64,000 bases of DNA. Origin: Rebecca billardiae RCC1528 (taxonomy: Eukaryota > Protista > Haptophyta). Below, one piece after another: positions 10,601 to 20,931 of the stretch (position 1 is its first letter; the number at the start of each line of letters is the position of its first letter). The stretch is from the NCBI GenBank assembly GCA_965240325.2, contig OZ251227.1, forward strand, positions 2,542,001 through 2,606,000. Reading direction: 5' to 3'. The notes under the pieces were generated by a model, which saw only the letters and a program-made list of their open reading frames with translations, searched no databases and was not told the origin of the DNA. The position numbers and the translations under genes are program-made.

Positions 10601-12889
10601 GTCGTACTGCCCGAGGTTGCGGTACGCGCTGCCCAGGTTGCCCAGGCAAGTGCCCTCGCCCCACCTGTTGCCGATCTCGCGGAAAATGGCCAGCGCCTGC
10701 GCGTGGAGCTCGATGGCGCTGTCGTACTGCCCGAGGCTGTCGTACGCGCTGCCCAGGTTGCCCAGGCAAGCGCCCTCGCCCACCCTGTTGCCGATGTCGC
10801 GGCTGATGGCCAGCGCCTGCGTGTAGTGCTCGATGGCGCGGTCGTACTGCCCGAGGCTGTCGTACGCGCTGCCCAGGTTGTTCAGGCAAGTGCCCTCGCC
10901 CTGCCTGTCGCCGATCTCGCGGAAAATGGCCAGCGCCTGCGTGTAGTGCTCGATGGCGCGGTCGAACTGCCCGAGGCTGTCGTACGCGCTGCCCAAGCTG
11001 CCCAGGCGAGCGCCCTCGCCCTGCCTGTCGCCGATCTCGCAACTGATGGCCAGCGCCTGCGTGTGGTGCTCGATGGCGCGGTCGTACTGCCCGAGGCTGT
11101 GGTACGCGCTGCCCAGGTTGCCCAGGCAAGCGCCCTCGTTCCGCCGGTCGCCGATCTCGCGGGTGGTGGTCAGCGCCTGCGTGTAGTGCTCGATGGCGCG
11201 GTCGAACTGCCAGAGGCTGCGGTACGCGCTGCCCAGGTTGCCCAGGCAAGCGCCCTCGTCCTGCCTGTCGCCGATCTCGCGGCTGATGGCCAGCGCCTGC
11301 GTGTAGTGCTCGATGGCGCGGTCGTACTGCCCGAGGCTGCTGTATGCACTGCCCAGATTGCCCAGATCAGCGCCCTCGCCCACCCTGTTGCCGATGTCGC
11401 GGCTGATGGCCAGCGCCTGCGTGTAGTGCTCGATGGCGCGGCCGTACTGCCCGCTGCTACGGTACGCGCTGCCCAGGTCGCACAGGCGAGTGCCCTCGCC
11501 CTCCCTGTTGCCGATCTCGCGGGTGATGGCCAGCGCCTGCGTGTGGTGCTCGATGGCGCGGTCGTACTGCCCGAGGCTGTCGTACGCGCTGCCCAGGTGG
11601 CCCAGGCAAGTGCCCTCGCCCCGCCGGTCGCCGATCTCGCGGGTGATGGTCAGCGCCTGCGTGTAGTGCTCGATGGCGCGGTCGTACTGCCCGAGACTGT
11701 CGTACGCGCTGCCCAGGTTGTTCAGGTAAGCGCCCTCTCCCTGCCTGTCGCCGATCTCGCGGCTGATGGCCAGCGCCCGCGTGTAGTGCTCGATGGTGCG
11801 GTCGTACTGCTCGAGGCTGTCGTACGCGCGGCCCAGGTTGCCCAGGCGAGCGCCCTCGCCCTCCCTGTCGCCGATCTCGCGAGTGATGGCCAGCGCCTGC
11901 GTATGGTGCTCGATGGCGCGGTCGTACTGCCCGAGGCTGTCGTACGCGCTGCCCAGGTTGCCCAGGCAAGCGCCCTCGTCCCGCCGGTCGCCGATCTCGC
12001 GGGTGATGGTCAGCGCCTGCGTGTAGTGCTCGATGGCGCGGTCGTGCTGCCCGAGACTGTCGTACGCGCTGCCCAGGTTGTTCAGGTAAGCGCCCTCTCC
12101 CTGCCTGTCGCCGATCTCGCGGCTGATGGCCAGCGCCCGCGTGTAGTGCTCGATGGTGCGGTCGTACTGCTCGAGGCTGTCGTACGCGCGGCCCAGGTTG
12201 CCCAGGCGAGCGCCCTCGCCCTCCCTGTCGCCGATCTCGCGAGTGATGGCCAGCGCTTGCGTATGGTGCTCGATGGCGCGGTCGTACTGCCCGAGGCTGT
12301 CGTACGCGCTGCCCAGGTTGCCCAGGCAAGCGCCCTCGTCCCGCCGGTCGCCGATCTCGCGGGTGATGGCCAGCGCCTGCGTATAGTGCTCGATGGCGCG
12401 GTCGTACTGCCCGAGACTGCGGTACGCACTGCCCAGGTTGTTCAGGTAAGCGCCCTCTCCCTGCCTGTCGCCGATCTCGCGGCTGATGGCCAGCGCCTGC
12501 GTGTAGTGCTCGATGGCGCGATCGTACTGCCCGAGGTTGTCGTACGCGCGGCCCAGGTTGCCCAGACGAGCACCCTCGCCCTCCCTGTCGCCGATCTCGC
12601 GGGTGATGGCCAGCGCCTGCGTGTAGTGCTCGATGGCGCGGTCGTACTGCCCGAGGCTGTCGTACGCGCTGCCCAGGTTGCCCAGGCAAGCGCCCTCGTC
12701 CCGCCGGTCGCCGATCTCGCGGGTGATGGCCAGCGCCTGCGTGTGGTGCTCGATGGCGCGGTCGTACTGCTCGAGGCTGTCGTACGCGCTGCCCAGATCG
12801 CACACGCATCTAAGTTCGCGCCGTCTGTCGCCGCCCTCGCGGCTGGCGCGCAGTTCTGACGTCAACAAATCATCGATGACATCGGCCAT
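7631..12889 (-). CDS. TPR-repeat plus CHAT (caspase-like, clan CD) protease, TTC28-like architecture, ~1752 aa, intronless
   Basis: ATG at 12889. 29 TPR units of 40 aa, then AERGRARSL, ILLPDGELHALPFAAL, catalytic His (VHLALHG, 8072-8074), catalytic Cys (LSACDT, 7955-7957) and ARAFLSAGCGTLLASLWPVDD. Confidence 0.92.
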   Translation of the reverse strand: MADVIDDLLTSELRASREGGDRRRELRCVCDLGSAYDSLEQYDRAIEHHTQALAITREIGDRRDEGACLGNLGSAYDSLGQYDRAIEHYTQALAITREIGDREGEGARLGNLGRAYDNLGQYDRAIEHYTQALAISREIGDRQGEGAYLNNLGSAYRSLGQYDRAIEHYTQALAITREIGDRRDEGACLGNLGSAYDSLGQYDRAIEHHTQALAITREIGDREGEGARLGNLGRAYDSLEQYDRTIEHYTRALAISREIGDRQGEGAYLNNLGSAYDSLGQHDRAIEHYTQALTITREIGDRRDEGACLGNLGSAYDSLGQYDRAIEHHTQALAITREIGDREGEGARLGNLGRAYDSLEQYDRTIEHYTRALAISREIGDRQGEGAYLNNLGSAYDSLGQYDRAIEHYTQALTITREIGDRRGEGTCLGHLGSAYDSLGQYDRAIEHHTQALAITREIGNREGEGTRLCDLGSAYRSSGQYGRAIEHYTQALAISRDIGNRVGEGADLGNLGSAYSSLGQYDRAIEHYTQALAISREIGDRQDEGACLGNLGSAYRSLWQFDRAIEHYTQALTTTREIGDRRNEGACLGNLGSAYHSLGQYDRAIEHHTQALAISCEIGDRQGEGARLGSLGSAYDSLGQFDRAIEHYTQALAIFREIGDRQGEGTCLNNLGSAYDSLGQYDRAIEHYTQALAISRDIGNRVGEGACLGNLGSAYDSLGQYDSAIELHAQALAIFREIGNRWGEGTCLGNLGSAYRNLGQYDRAIEHHTQALAITREIGNREGEGARLCDLGHAYDSLGQYDRAIEHYTQALAISREIGDRQGEGTCLNNLGSTYDSLGQYDRAIEHCTQALAISREIGDRQGEGACLGNLGSAYCDLGQYDRAIEHHAQALAITREIGDRRGEGTCLGNLGSAYCDLGQYDRAIEHHAQALAITREIGDRRGEGTRLGGLGGAYRSLGQYDRAIEHHTQALAITREIGDRRNEGACLGNLGVAYESLGQYDRAIKHHTLALAISREIGDRQGEGADLRNLGSAYDSLGQHDRAIEHHTQALAISREIGDRWGEGAGLGHLGSAFDRLGQHDRGIEHHTQALAIRREIGDRQGEGSCLHNLGSAYRNLGQYDRAIEHYTQALAITREIGDREGEGSCLSSLGSAYAGLEQYQRAAEHFTAALAVHDTLWIDLSSDRARVSFSDTLGASAGLQLVLVRSGRQAEALEAAERGRARSLALLLARQHCARDPRRAAAPDASTGSRALPPALSWQQMRAYALRHRACLVLFSQPTSSDRVCAWVVRPDESSPPLFHELSLGEQSVLTLVKETRGAIRRCRKYAPDAYSRIDGSAAGVAAATRVRASVRVGAQEARATSRGKRRRSDAELAEAEAAAQQQLRRCHELLLQPLAQSLTGFDRLILLPDGELHALPFAALLDADGKHLVERFDMSVAPSVGTLMRLDEQRSAGRVPTSAAGVAQRALVAGINEYSAHALPWRLQSDEHLEQAQEAVRTKDRWCVWVEAQAVDGGSRVHVRELERSARRELAEQLQVGDVVGEALDDLCEAELEALQVAVDLLKSSAAKARRLEVTRLTGAQVTKRALLRELRHASLVHLALHGSPTGLHLAGSSAEEATLDMADVEPLDLRHVRLMLLSACDTFRGELSSEGLIGIARAFLSAGCGTLLASLWPVDDTQTRELMQELYPRLAAGLDPQPEAGGDGRVDVAGVLCATMRELVHRKREDGSRAFLLHQWAPFVVFGAPSI
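9370..12840 (-). repeat. Tandem array of ~29 x 120-bp coding repeats (40-aa TPR)
   Basis: The tacgcgctgcccagg-type motif recurs every 120 bp from 9421 to 12781 with no indels. Confidence 0.97.
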
Positions 12890-13688
12890 CAGGCCCCCGC
12901 CCGGTCGGTACCGTTGCGGGACCACCCTTGCCGTTGCGGTACCGGCTGTACAGACCGCTGAGCGTCGTCTCCGACCACCGACCGGACACTTTTTGGCACA
13001 GCGTCCGGGCAGTGCCACTGGCGGAACTGGCCTGCCGGTGCGGGTACTGTGCGAAAGCTAGCCGGCTGGACTGTGGACAGCCTGGACTTGTCACTTGAGC
13101 AAGGGACAGGGTACTGAAGGGTGAGCCACTCCGCTGGCGACAGCCACCGAGGTCGGTCGGGCTCTGTTTGCCTCGGCGCTCGGTGCGAGCGGAGTGGAGC
13201 GAGTACTATCAGCGGCGGAGGGCGCTGAGGCCGCGCACGGCGTGAGGCGCGGCGTCGGCAGGGTCGGTCCACGGAGGATGCGCGGCGCTCGGCCCGCGGC
13301 AGTGCGCCTCACTTTGCCCCGAGCGCCGTCCTCCGCGTCGCCTCCTTCCCGCCTTGGAGCAGCACGCATGTGCGCACCACCACGTTGAAGGCGGCACAGG
13401 CTCGCTCAGACGACCGTGCGCGCGTGGCGCGCGACTTGGTCGACCGCGCGCGCGCGCTGCCGCCGGTGCAAGGTAGCGCCACCGCATGCGCGCGCCGTGC
13501 CCGCGCGAGAGCGTGTGCGCGGTCGTCCGCGCCGTGCCCACCCGAGAGCGTGTGCCCGCGCGAGAGCGGTGCGAGCCCACACACACGTCGAAGGCTGCCT
13601 GCGCACCCGACTTGCTGACTGACGGGAAGCTGCTGCGCGCCCAAGAAGCAAGGGCGTCGCCGCAGCGTGCCCGCGCGCGGCGCCGCGC

Positions 13689-15834
13689 TCACTGCCTCCT
13701 CATCAGCGCCTCCGGCCACGTGCCGGTCAATCGGTAGTAGATGGAGACCACCTCGTCCATGGCCGCCTCGACGTGGCTCGACGCGTCGGCCGACGAGGTG
13801 ACGAACGTGCGCTCGGCCAGCCCGTTCGACGTGGGCTCGTGGTACGGCGCGACCTCGACGAAGTACTTCTCCGCGGGCTGGAGCATCGCGAGCGCGGGGC
13901 CGAGCTCGCGGTCGGCGATCTCCTTCACGTTCGACCCGTCGAGCGGGCCCTCGACCACCGTCGACGCCACGCCGATCCACACGTCCTTCGGGCACACCTC
14001 GTGCTCCGCATTCACCGCGACCACGTGCACGTCGTGCTCGCGCCCGAGCTGCGAGGCGGGCACGGTCACCTGGCAGGAGGGCTTGCCGTCCGTCCCGTGC
14101 AGCTCGTGGCTGGCGCGACGCCGAGGCCGCGCGGCGCGCGCCGCGCGAGCGCTGACGCGTGAGCCCGCGCGACGATCGCAGGGCGCGCGGGCGGCCTCCG
14201 CGCGCGCACGCGCCGCGGGAGGGGCGCGGCAGCGGCGCAGCGCGCAGCGGCGGTGCGCGGTGCGCGGTGCGCGCACACCGCATGATAGCGAGCACGCGCA
14301 CGACGTAGTGCGTCGTCTTGACCTTGGCCGGGAAGTAGGACGGGTCGCCGATCACGCAGCGCCCGTACGCCTTCTCCTCGCCGCAGCGCACGCCGCACGC
14401 GCCGCCGCCCTCGTCGTACAGCACCTCGTCCACAGGCCGCTCGAGCAGGAAGGTGCCGCCAAACACGGAGGAGAGGCGCGAGAAGGCCTGCGGCAGCTCG
14501 CCCATGCCGTAGAGTGGGTAGAGGAACGGCGAGTTCTGCGTCTCGCTCCCGCCGACCGTGATCGACTCGCGGTACAGCTGCATCCGGCGCACGAGCTCGG
14601 CGGCGGGCTGGTTGAGGTACGCGTCGTCCTGGTAGAGCGCGACGCCGCGCATCGCGAGGTCGATCGTGCCGGGCTGCAGCTGCCAGTACTGCAGGAAGCT
14701 CGCGCCGCTCATCTGCTGCAGGTTGAGCGTCGTCTTGCGCACGACGCCCGCGAGGTGGGTGCTCGGATCGTCCGGCTTATAACGGTTCACCCAGCTGAAG
14801 AAGCGCGAGGCCTGGATCTTCTCCTGCTCGGCAGAGGCCGCGCGGCGCGGGCGGCGCGGCGCGGGCGGCGCGGGGCGGGCGGCGCGGCGCGGGTGGCGCG
14901 GGCGGCGGCGGGCGGCGGCGCATGGGCGCAGCGGCAGCGATCAGCGAGCGCGCGCTCGTGCCACGGCTTGGCACCGGCGCGACGCGGAGTGTGCGCTCGC
15001 AGCTCGGGTGCCGCATCGCACGCGCTCCCGCCGAGCCCTCCGCGCGCGCCGCTGTCGTCCCGCCCCGCCGCCATCTCACGCCCCGCCGCTCCCGTCCCAA
15101 ACCCACCGCCGCGCGCTCCGCTCCGCTGCCATCGCACGCCCCGCCGCGCTTCGTCCGCGCGCCCTGCGCCCCGCCCTGCGCCCGCCCGTCCGCGCCGCTC
15201 CGCGCGCCCCGCCGCCGCTCCGTCCGCGCGCCCTCCGCCCCGCCCTCCGCCCCGCCCTGCGGCCGCCGCTCCGCGCGCCCCGCCGCCGCTCCGTCCGCGC
15301 GCCCTCCGCCCCGCCCTGCGGCCGCACCTGAATGGAGACCAGCGGCGAGGTCGTCACCTCCTTGCCCGTGGTCGGCAGGTGGTGCAGCTCGCCGTTGCGC
15401 ATGACGAGGCTGTCGTCGACGCGGCGGAACTGCATGTGCCTGTGCGCGCCCGTGTCCATCAGGATCGTCGCCAGCTTCCCCTTGATCAGCATGAACTTGG
15501 GCGCGCTGTCGACGTAATAGGACTGAGGGTTGCCCAGGCCGCCCGCGACGCTCGGCTCGGGCGCGGTGCCGCCGTACGCCTCGAAGAGCTTGGCGAGGTC
15601 GCAGCACGCGGAGGAGCCGCCGTAGTACGCGTTGCGGTCGAGGTGCAGCACCCGCCTCCCGGCCTTGGACAGCAGCCCCGAGAGCACGCACTCCTTCATG
15701 CCGGTGCCGAGCACGATCACGTCATACTTCTGGCCGCCAAAGGCCTTCTTCCACTCCTGCGACGCCTCGCTGAGGTGCGAGGCGGCGACGAGGAGGGCCG
15801 CGAGCGCGGACGCTCGCCGCCGCACGTGCCACAT
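13689..15834 (-). CDS. GDI: Rab GDP-dissociation inhibitor (GDI) homologue; exons 15834-15328, 14823-14279, 14109-13689
   Basis: Motifs YDVIVLGTGMKECVLSGLLS, VLHLDRNAYYGG, YVDSAPKF, SPFLYPLYGMGELPQAFSRLSSVFGGTFLL and SSADASSH. Introns 15327-14824 and 14278-14110 are GT-AG and restore the frame. Confidence 0.9.
15135..15325. repeat. Imperfect GC-rich minisatellite in GDI intron 1
   Basis: The unit cgccgccgctccgtccgcgcgccctccgccccgccc(tgcg) is repeated about 3 times with variation. Confidence 0.7.
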
Positions 15835-16045
15835 GCCGCGCCGCGCGCGCGATGCGGCCGCCGCAGGCGGTGCTGCAGCCGCGCGGTCGCAATCACGCGG
15901 CCGATCACAGCCAGCCCTGCTGCTGCACGCCTTGCGATCACGCGGATCGGCCAGTTCAGCCGGACACGTCACCGGCTCCGGTTCCAGGAGTCAAAGAAAT
16001 AGAGGGCTATTTCTTTGCAGGAGTGAGCGAGCGCAGGCCACAGCG

Positions 16046-17527
16046 ATGGCGGCCCGACGGGGCAGCCCGCTGCTCCTCCACCCACGGCTCGAGCCGTGGG
16101 TGGAGGAGCAGTGGGCGATCGCCGAGGAGCTCGCGCGGCAGCACCTCGCGCAGCAGCGCGCGACGCACGGCGCCGAGAGCGCGCAGGCGCTCGCCGCCCT
16201 CGCCAACCTCGGCACCGTGCTCGTCGGCCAGGGCCGATCGGACGAGGCTGAGCGCGTCTTCGCCGAGGCGCTGCGCGGGCAGCAGCGCGTGCTGCGGGCG
16301 CCCGAGCGCAGCCTCGCGCTCGCGTCGACGTGCGCCAGCCTCGCGCGCCTCCAGCACGCGCGCGCGCACACCGAGCCCGCCGCGCGCCTCTTCGAGCGCG
16401 CGCTCGCCATCCGCACGCGCGCGCTCGGCCCTGACCACACGCTCACGCTCGTCGCGCTGCACGAGCTGTCGATCGCGCTCGCGGAGCTCGACGCGGACGA
16501 CGGGCGCGCGCGCGAGCTGCAGCGCGAGACGCTCCGGCGGCACGGCCGCGCGCGCGCCGCCGCGATCCGCGCCGTGCACATTCCCGCGCCAGCGCGGACG
16601 GCGCGCGCGGAGGTGGTGGCGGGTGCGCGCGCGCGCGCGCGCGACTCACTGCGCGAGCGCTCGGCGCTGCAGCGCGCGCGCCGGGCCCGGCTGGCCGCGC
16701 AGCTCGAGCTGGGGGACGCGCAGGCGCTCCCGCCTGGCGTGCGCCGCCGCCTCGCGCTCGAGGAGCGCGAGCTCCTCTCCAGCCTCACGGCGCACCTCAC
16801 CGGCGCGCCGCCGCCGCAGCCGCAGCCGCAGCCGCAGCCGCCGCCGAGCGCGCGGCGAGCGGCGCGCGCGGCCGAGCCGCGCGCGCCGCTCGCGCCGGCG
16901 GCGTGGGCGGAGCTGGAGGGCGTCGAGCTCGTGGTGGACACGCTTCGGCACCTGCGCTCGACGTACGCCGTGGGCGAGCGCTGGGTGCGCGCGCTCGCGG
17001 CACAGCGCAGCCCGAGCTCGGTGCCTGGCTCGCCGCAGTCGGCAGGGGTGGGCCGTGCCGTGCGCGCGCCCGCTGGCGGTGGCGTGGGCTGGGTGGCTGG
17101 CGCCGCAGCCGGCGGTGGCGGCAGCGGGGCGGAGGGGGAGGGCGCGGTAGACAGCACGGGGTCTGATGACAACGGGAGTGGGAGCGCCTCGGCGGCGGCG
17201 AGCGGGGCCAGTGGCAGCGGCAGCGGCAGCGGCAGCGGCAGCGGCAGCGGCAGCGGCAGCGGCAGCGGCAGCGGCAGCGGCAGCGGCAGCGGCAGCGGCA
17301 GCGGCAGCGGCAGCGGCAGCGGCAGCGGCAGCGGCAGCGGCAGCGGCAGCGGCAGCGGCAGCGGTAGCAGCAGCAGCGGCGGCTCGTCCGCATCAGAGCG
17401 CGCTGGCGATGAGGACGACAGCTCGTCAGCGCAGGAGACGGACGCCGAGTCCGGTGCCAGCGCCGAGTCCGGTGCTGCCGCCGAGTCCGGTGCCAGCGGA
17501 GAGTCCGGTGCCACCGCCGAGTCCGCT

Positions 17528-17566
<39 letters not shown>

Positions 17567-19900
17567 AGCGACGATGGCGGCGCGTCTCTGCCGCGGAGCG
17601 GCGGGTCAGTCGGCGCTGCCGGGGCGGCTGCCCGGCCCTCGGCAGCGCAGCTCCAGCCGGCAGGGCTGCTGCTGGAGCTCGACGCGTCGGCGTTGGCGCG
17701 CGACACACTGGCGGCTGGCCGCGGCACCGTCACTGCCTGGCTGTGGCGCGCGCTCGGCGCGCGCTGCCCTGAGCTGGCCAGCATGGCCGCCGCCCTCGGG
17801 CCGGGCGCGCGCGTGCTGATCAGCGAGGGCGGCGAGGGCGGCCATGCTGACCCCGGCAGCCATGCTGACCCTGGCGGCCATGCTGACCCCGGCGGCCATG
17901 CTGACCCCGGCGGCCATGCTGACCCCGGCGGCCATGCTGACCCCGGCGGCCATGCTGACCCCGGCGGCCAGGCCGACGACGCGCTTCCCCCGACGCTGCT
18001 CGTCCGCCTCGCCGCCGCGCCCGCTCACGCGGGCACCGACCTGACAGCCGCCGCCCCCACCGCCCCCACCGCCGCCACCGCCGCCGCCACCGCCCACGGC
18101 AGCGGCGCCGCGCCCGGGCTCGGCGCGTGGCGCGTGCAGGTCTCGCTCTCGACGCTCGACCTAGTGCACGTGCGCGCACACAGGGAGTGGCTCGGCTGGC
18201 ACGAGGCCGAGGCGCTGGACGAGGCGCGGCTGCGCCGACTCCTCGCGCCCGGCTGTGAGCTGTTCGAGCTCGGCGGCTGGCGCGCGCTCGCGCGCGGCGC
18301 GCGGCCGCGCGCGAGCGGCGCGGCGGCTGTGGCGCAGCGGCTTTGCTCGAGCGCGGCGCACGCGCCGATGCGCCGCGCGATGCGCGCGTGCGCGCGGCGC
18401 AGCGGGCCCGCGGGGCTGGCGCTCTGGCCAGCCGTGCGCGCGGGCGGCGTCACGGGCTGGGCCCTCGGCACCGCGCGCACACACGCATTCCTCGGGAGCG
18501 AGCTCACGCTCGCGGCCGGCGGCCGCGCCGCGCCGCCGCCGCGCGCCCTCGAGGAGCTGCACTGGGACCGGCGCGGGCGCGTGTGCGCGATCGTCCGGCT
18601 GGCGGAGCCGCCACTACTCGGGCTCGAGCTGCTGGAGATGGTGGCGGCGGGCGACCGCGACGGGCTGCGCGACGCGGCGGCGCCGGCCTTTGCGTGCGAG
18701 CTGCTGAGCGCGCGCCGCGCGCGCGCGCGCGCCGAGGTGGCAAGTGCCACGGCGGCGGCGGCCCCGGCGGCGCGCGCGCGAGGCGGCGCTGCGCACGCGC
18801 GGCCGACGCGGTCGGCCGCGGCTCCTGCTCGATCGCCGCGCGCGCTCAGCGCCCGGCAGGCGGCCGAGCTCAGCGCGCACGAGCCCGCGCGCCTCACCTT
18901 TGCCCAGCCGGGCCACCCGAGCGCGAGCGCGCGCGTGCCGCCGGCCAGCGGCGGCCGGCAGCAGCGCGGCGGCGGCGGCGCAGAGTCTGCGCGCGCGCAC
19001 CCGGCGCGCGCGCAGCTGGCTGAGCTCGAGCGCGTGCTCGCGCGGGTGCGCGGTCAGTGCACGGCGTGCGGGCCGGCGCGCGCGGCCGACGCGGACGGCG
19101 CGCGCGCGCGGAGCACCGGACTTCTCGAGCCGGACTCGAGCCAGCTGGCCGCCGTGTGGCAGCCTCTGCTGGCTGTGCAGCCGAGCGTGCGCGTCCGGCT
19201 GAGCGTGGGCGCGCGCGCCCACGCCGCCGCCGGCGGGCGCGCCGTGAAGGCGCGGCTGCGCCTGTCCAGCGCGCTCTCGCGCCCGCCCTCTGCGTTCACG
19301 CTCGCCGGCCACTGGGTGCCGCTCGGCGAGCTCCCCGCAGCACAGGCGCCGCCGCACGCCGCCGGCGCGCCCAAGCCAGCGCCGACCACGATGGGACGGC
19401 TCGTCATCCGCTGGGCGGAGGGGCGCCCCGCCTCCGCCCGGCCGCGCGCGCCGGCTGCGCGGAGCGCGGGGCCGGGCGCACGTGCGCCCGTGAGCGCCGC
19501 GGGGGCGGCAGCTGCCCACCACGCCGACGGCGGCGGCCGCGCGCACCCCGCCGCCGTCGGCGGGGGGGTGCGCGCGGGTGGTGGTGGTGGTGGTGGTGGT
19601 GACGACGGCGACGACGGCGCGGCCGCGCGCCAGACAAGCGTTGGCGGCGGCGGCGGCGGCGCAGTCGCCTCGATCCACTGGAGCTGCAGCTACGTGGCGC
19701 GGCGGCGGCAGGCGGCGGCGGCGGCGGCGCACGGGCGGCGCGGTCGCGATGACGACCGTCCGCCCGCCTCGAGCCGCGCGTCGCGTGCGGCCCGTCGGCG
19801 GCGGCCCTCGCCGGCGGCGGCTCGTCCGATGACTGCTCCGCCTCCGACCGAGCCGCGTGTCGGGGCGGAGGAGTCAGACATCCAGCCTTGGGAGGCTTGA
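16046..19900 (+). CDS. Hypothetical 1284-aa protein with N-terminal kinesin-light-chain-type TPRs, Gly-Ser and acidic low-complexity tracts
   Basis: ATG at 16046 to TGA at 19900. TPR-like helices ALANLGTVLVGQGRSDEAERVFAEAL and LFERALAIRTRALGPDHTLTLVALHELSIAL. The rest is not recognised, and hidden in-frame introns cannot be excluded. Confidence 0.6.
17213..17362 (+). repeat. (GGCAGC)25 coding microsatellite encoding (Gly-Ser)25
   Basis: 150 bp of perfect hexamer repeat. Confidence 0.95.
17840..17965 (+). repeat. 7 x 18-bp coding minisatellite (GHADPG)
   Basis: ggccatgctgaccccggc repeated 7 times with two substitutions. Confidence 0.95.
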
Positions 19901-20825
19901 TGATGTCCGGACTCCGGAGGACCCCGGCACTCACGGCAGCCGACCTGACTCCTGAGTCTGTCAGTCACTGAGTCTGAGTAGTCACTACCGATGACCACTA
20001 TCTATACCACGCATACCATCAGAGTGTCATATAGGTCGTGCCTCTGCGTGCCTGCGTAGGTTAATGCTGCTAGACGATCACGACCTAAGGGACGACGACG
20101 TGACGACGTAGCCTTCGGTCTGGTGGTTGTCTCTCGGTCGGTCGGGCCATCGGCGGCTGACCGAGCCATGCCGGGCATGCGGGGCTGCCGTGGTGCTGCA
20201 TGCGGGCCAGTCATGGCAGGCCGGCAGCGCGCACTCCATGCTCAGACGCGCAGCAAGAGCGTCGCCAGGCCCTCCGTCGTGCTCCCAGAGCGCCGTCGCT
20301 TGCGCCCCTGGCACAGCGTCGGGAGTTTGGTGGGCGACCGGTCGCGAGCCGGCGGGCGACCCCATCGTCAGGGCATTTCCAGCCCAAGTTGACGCGCGGC
20401 GCGCCAACCCATGTATGTAAGTAGCCCGCTGGCGGGCCGGGCTGCGACGTCGGCTACAACCACATCCGCTCCATCGCCCAGCGCACACTTGGCGGCGCGC
20501 CCCCTCTCCAAGCACATCATCGCCCGCCGCGGGTGGTGCACTGCCTGACCTGGTCGGAAGGCGCGGATCCACACACTCGCCTGAGCCAAAGGAATACTGA
20601 GCCAGAGCTTGTGCGTCCCGTAGCTCAGTCATTAAGTATTTAAATGAACTACCGCCCACTACTAGTAGTAACAAACTCGAATACACAACGCCCTATTGCG
20701 CTGCGATAATGACAGAATATGGGGGTATCGAAACGTTGTTAATTGTACATTTGTAGGTGAACCCTAATGACGAATCAGGGTTGGTAAATTATCGTATGTC
20801 ACCCCTCTAGCGCAATTTAGTAATC

Positions 20826-20842
20826 ATATATATATATATATA
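20826..20842. repeat. (AT)n microsatellite in an AT-rich intergenic patch
   Basis: atatatatatatatata seen directly. Confidence 0.85.
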
Positions 20843-20931
20843 CATACGGCCCATACGTTTTCAACGAACCAACGATGATACCTTATCATCAGCAGTTCCC
20901 CTTTTACTGCTATTGGGCTCGAAGCCTCCAG

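Noticed and set aside
9370-12840. Regular repeat array as a CRISPR array
   Set aside because: Units are contiguous 120-bp coding repeats without unique spacers; no cas genes; eukaryotic context.
9362-12859. 1165-aa plus-strand repeat ORF
   Set aside because: Antisense shadow of the TPR array; the minus frame has recognisable TPR and CHAT motifs.
12890-13018. N-terminal extension of the TPR-CHAT ORF from 13018
   Set aside because: It starts at a non-ATG codon; the first ATG is at 12889.
13497-13572. Three imperfect GTGCCCGCGCGAGAGCG repeats downstream of GDI
   Set aside because: Short degenerate UTR/intergenic repeat with no further support.
20078-20686. 202-aa minus-strand ORF near the foldback element as a transposase
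   Set aside because: Non-ATG start, no DDE or other recognisable motif.
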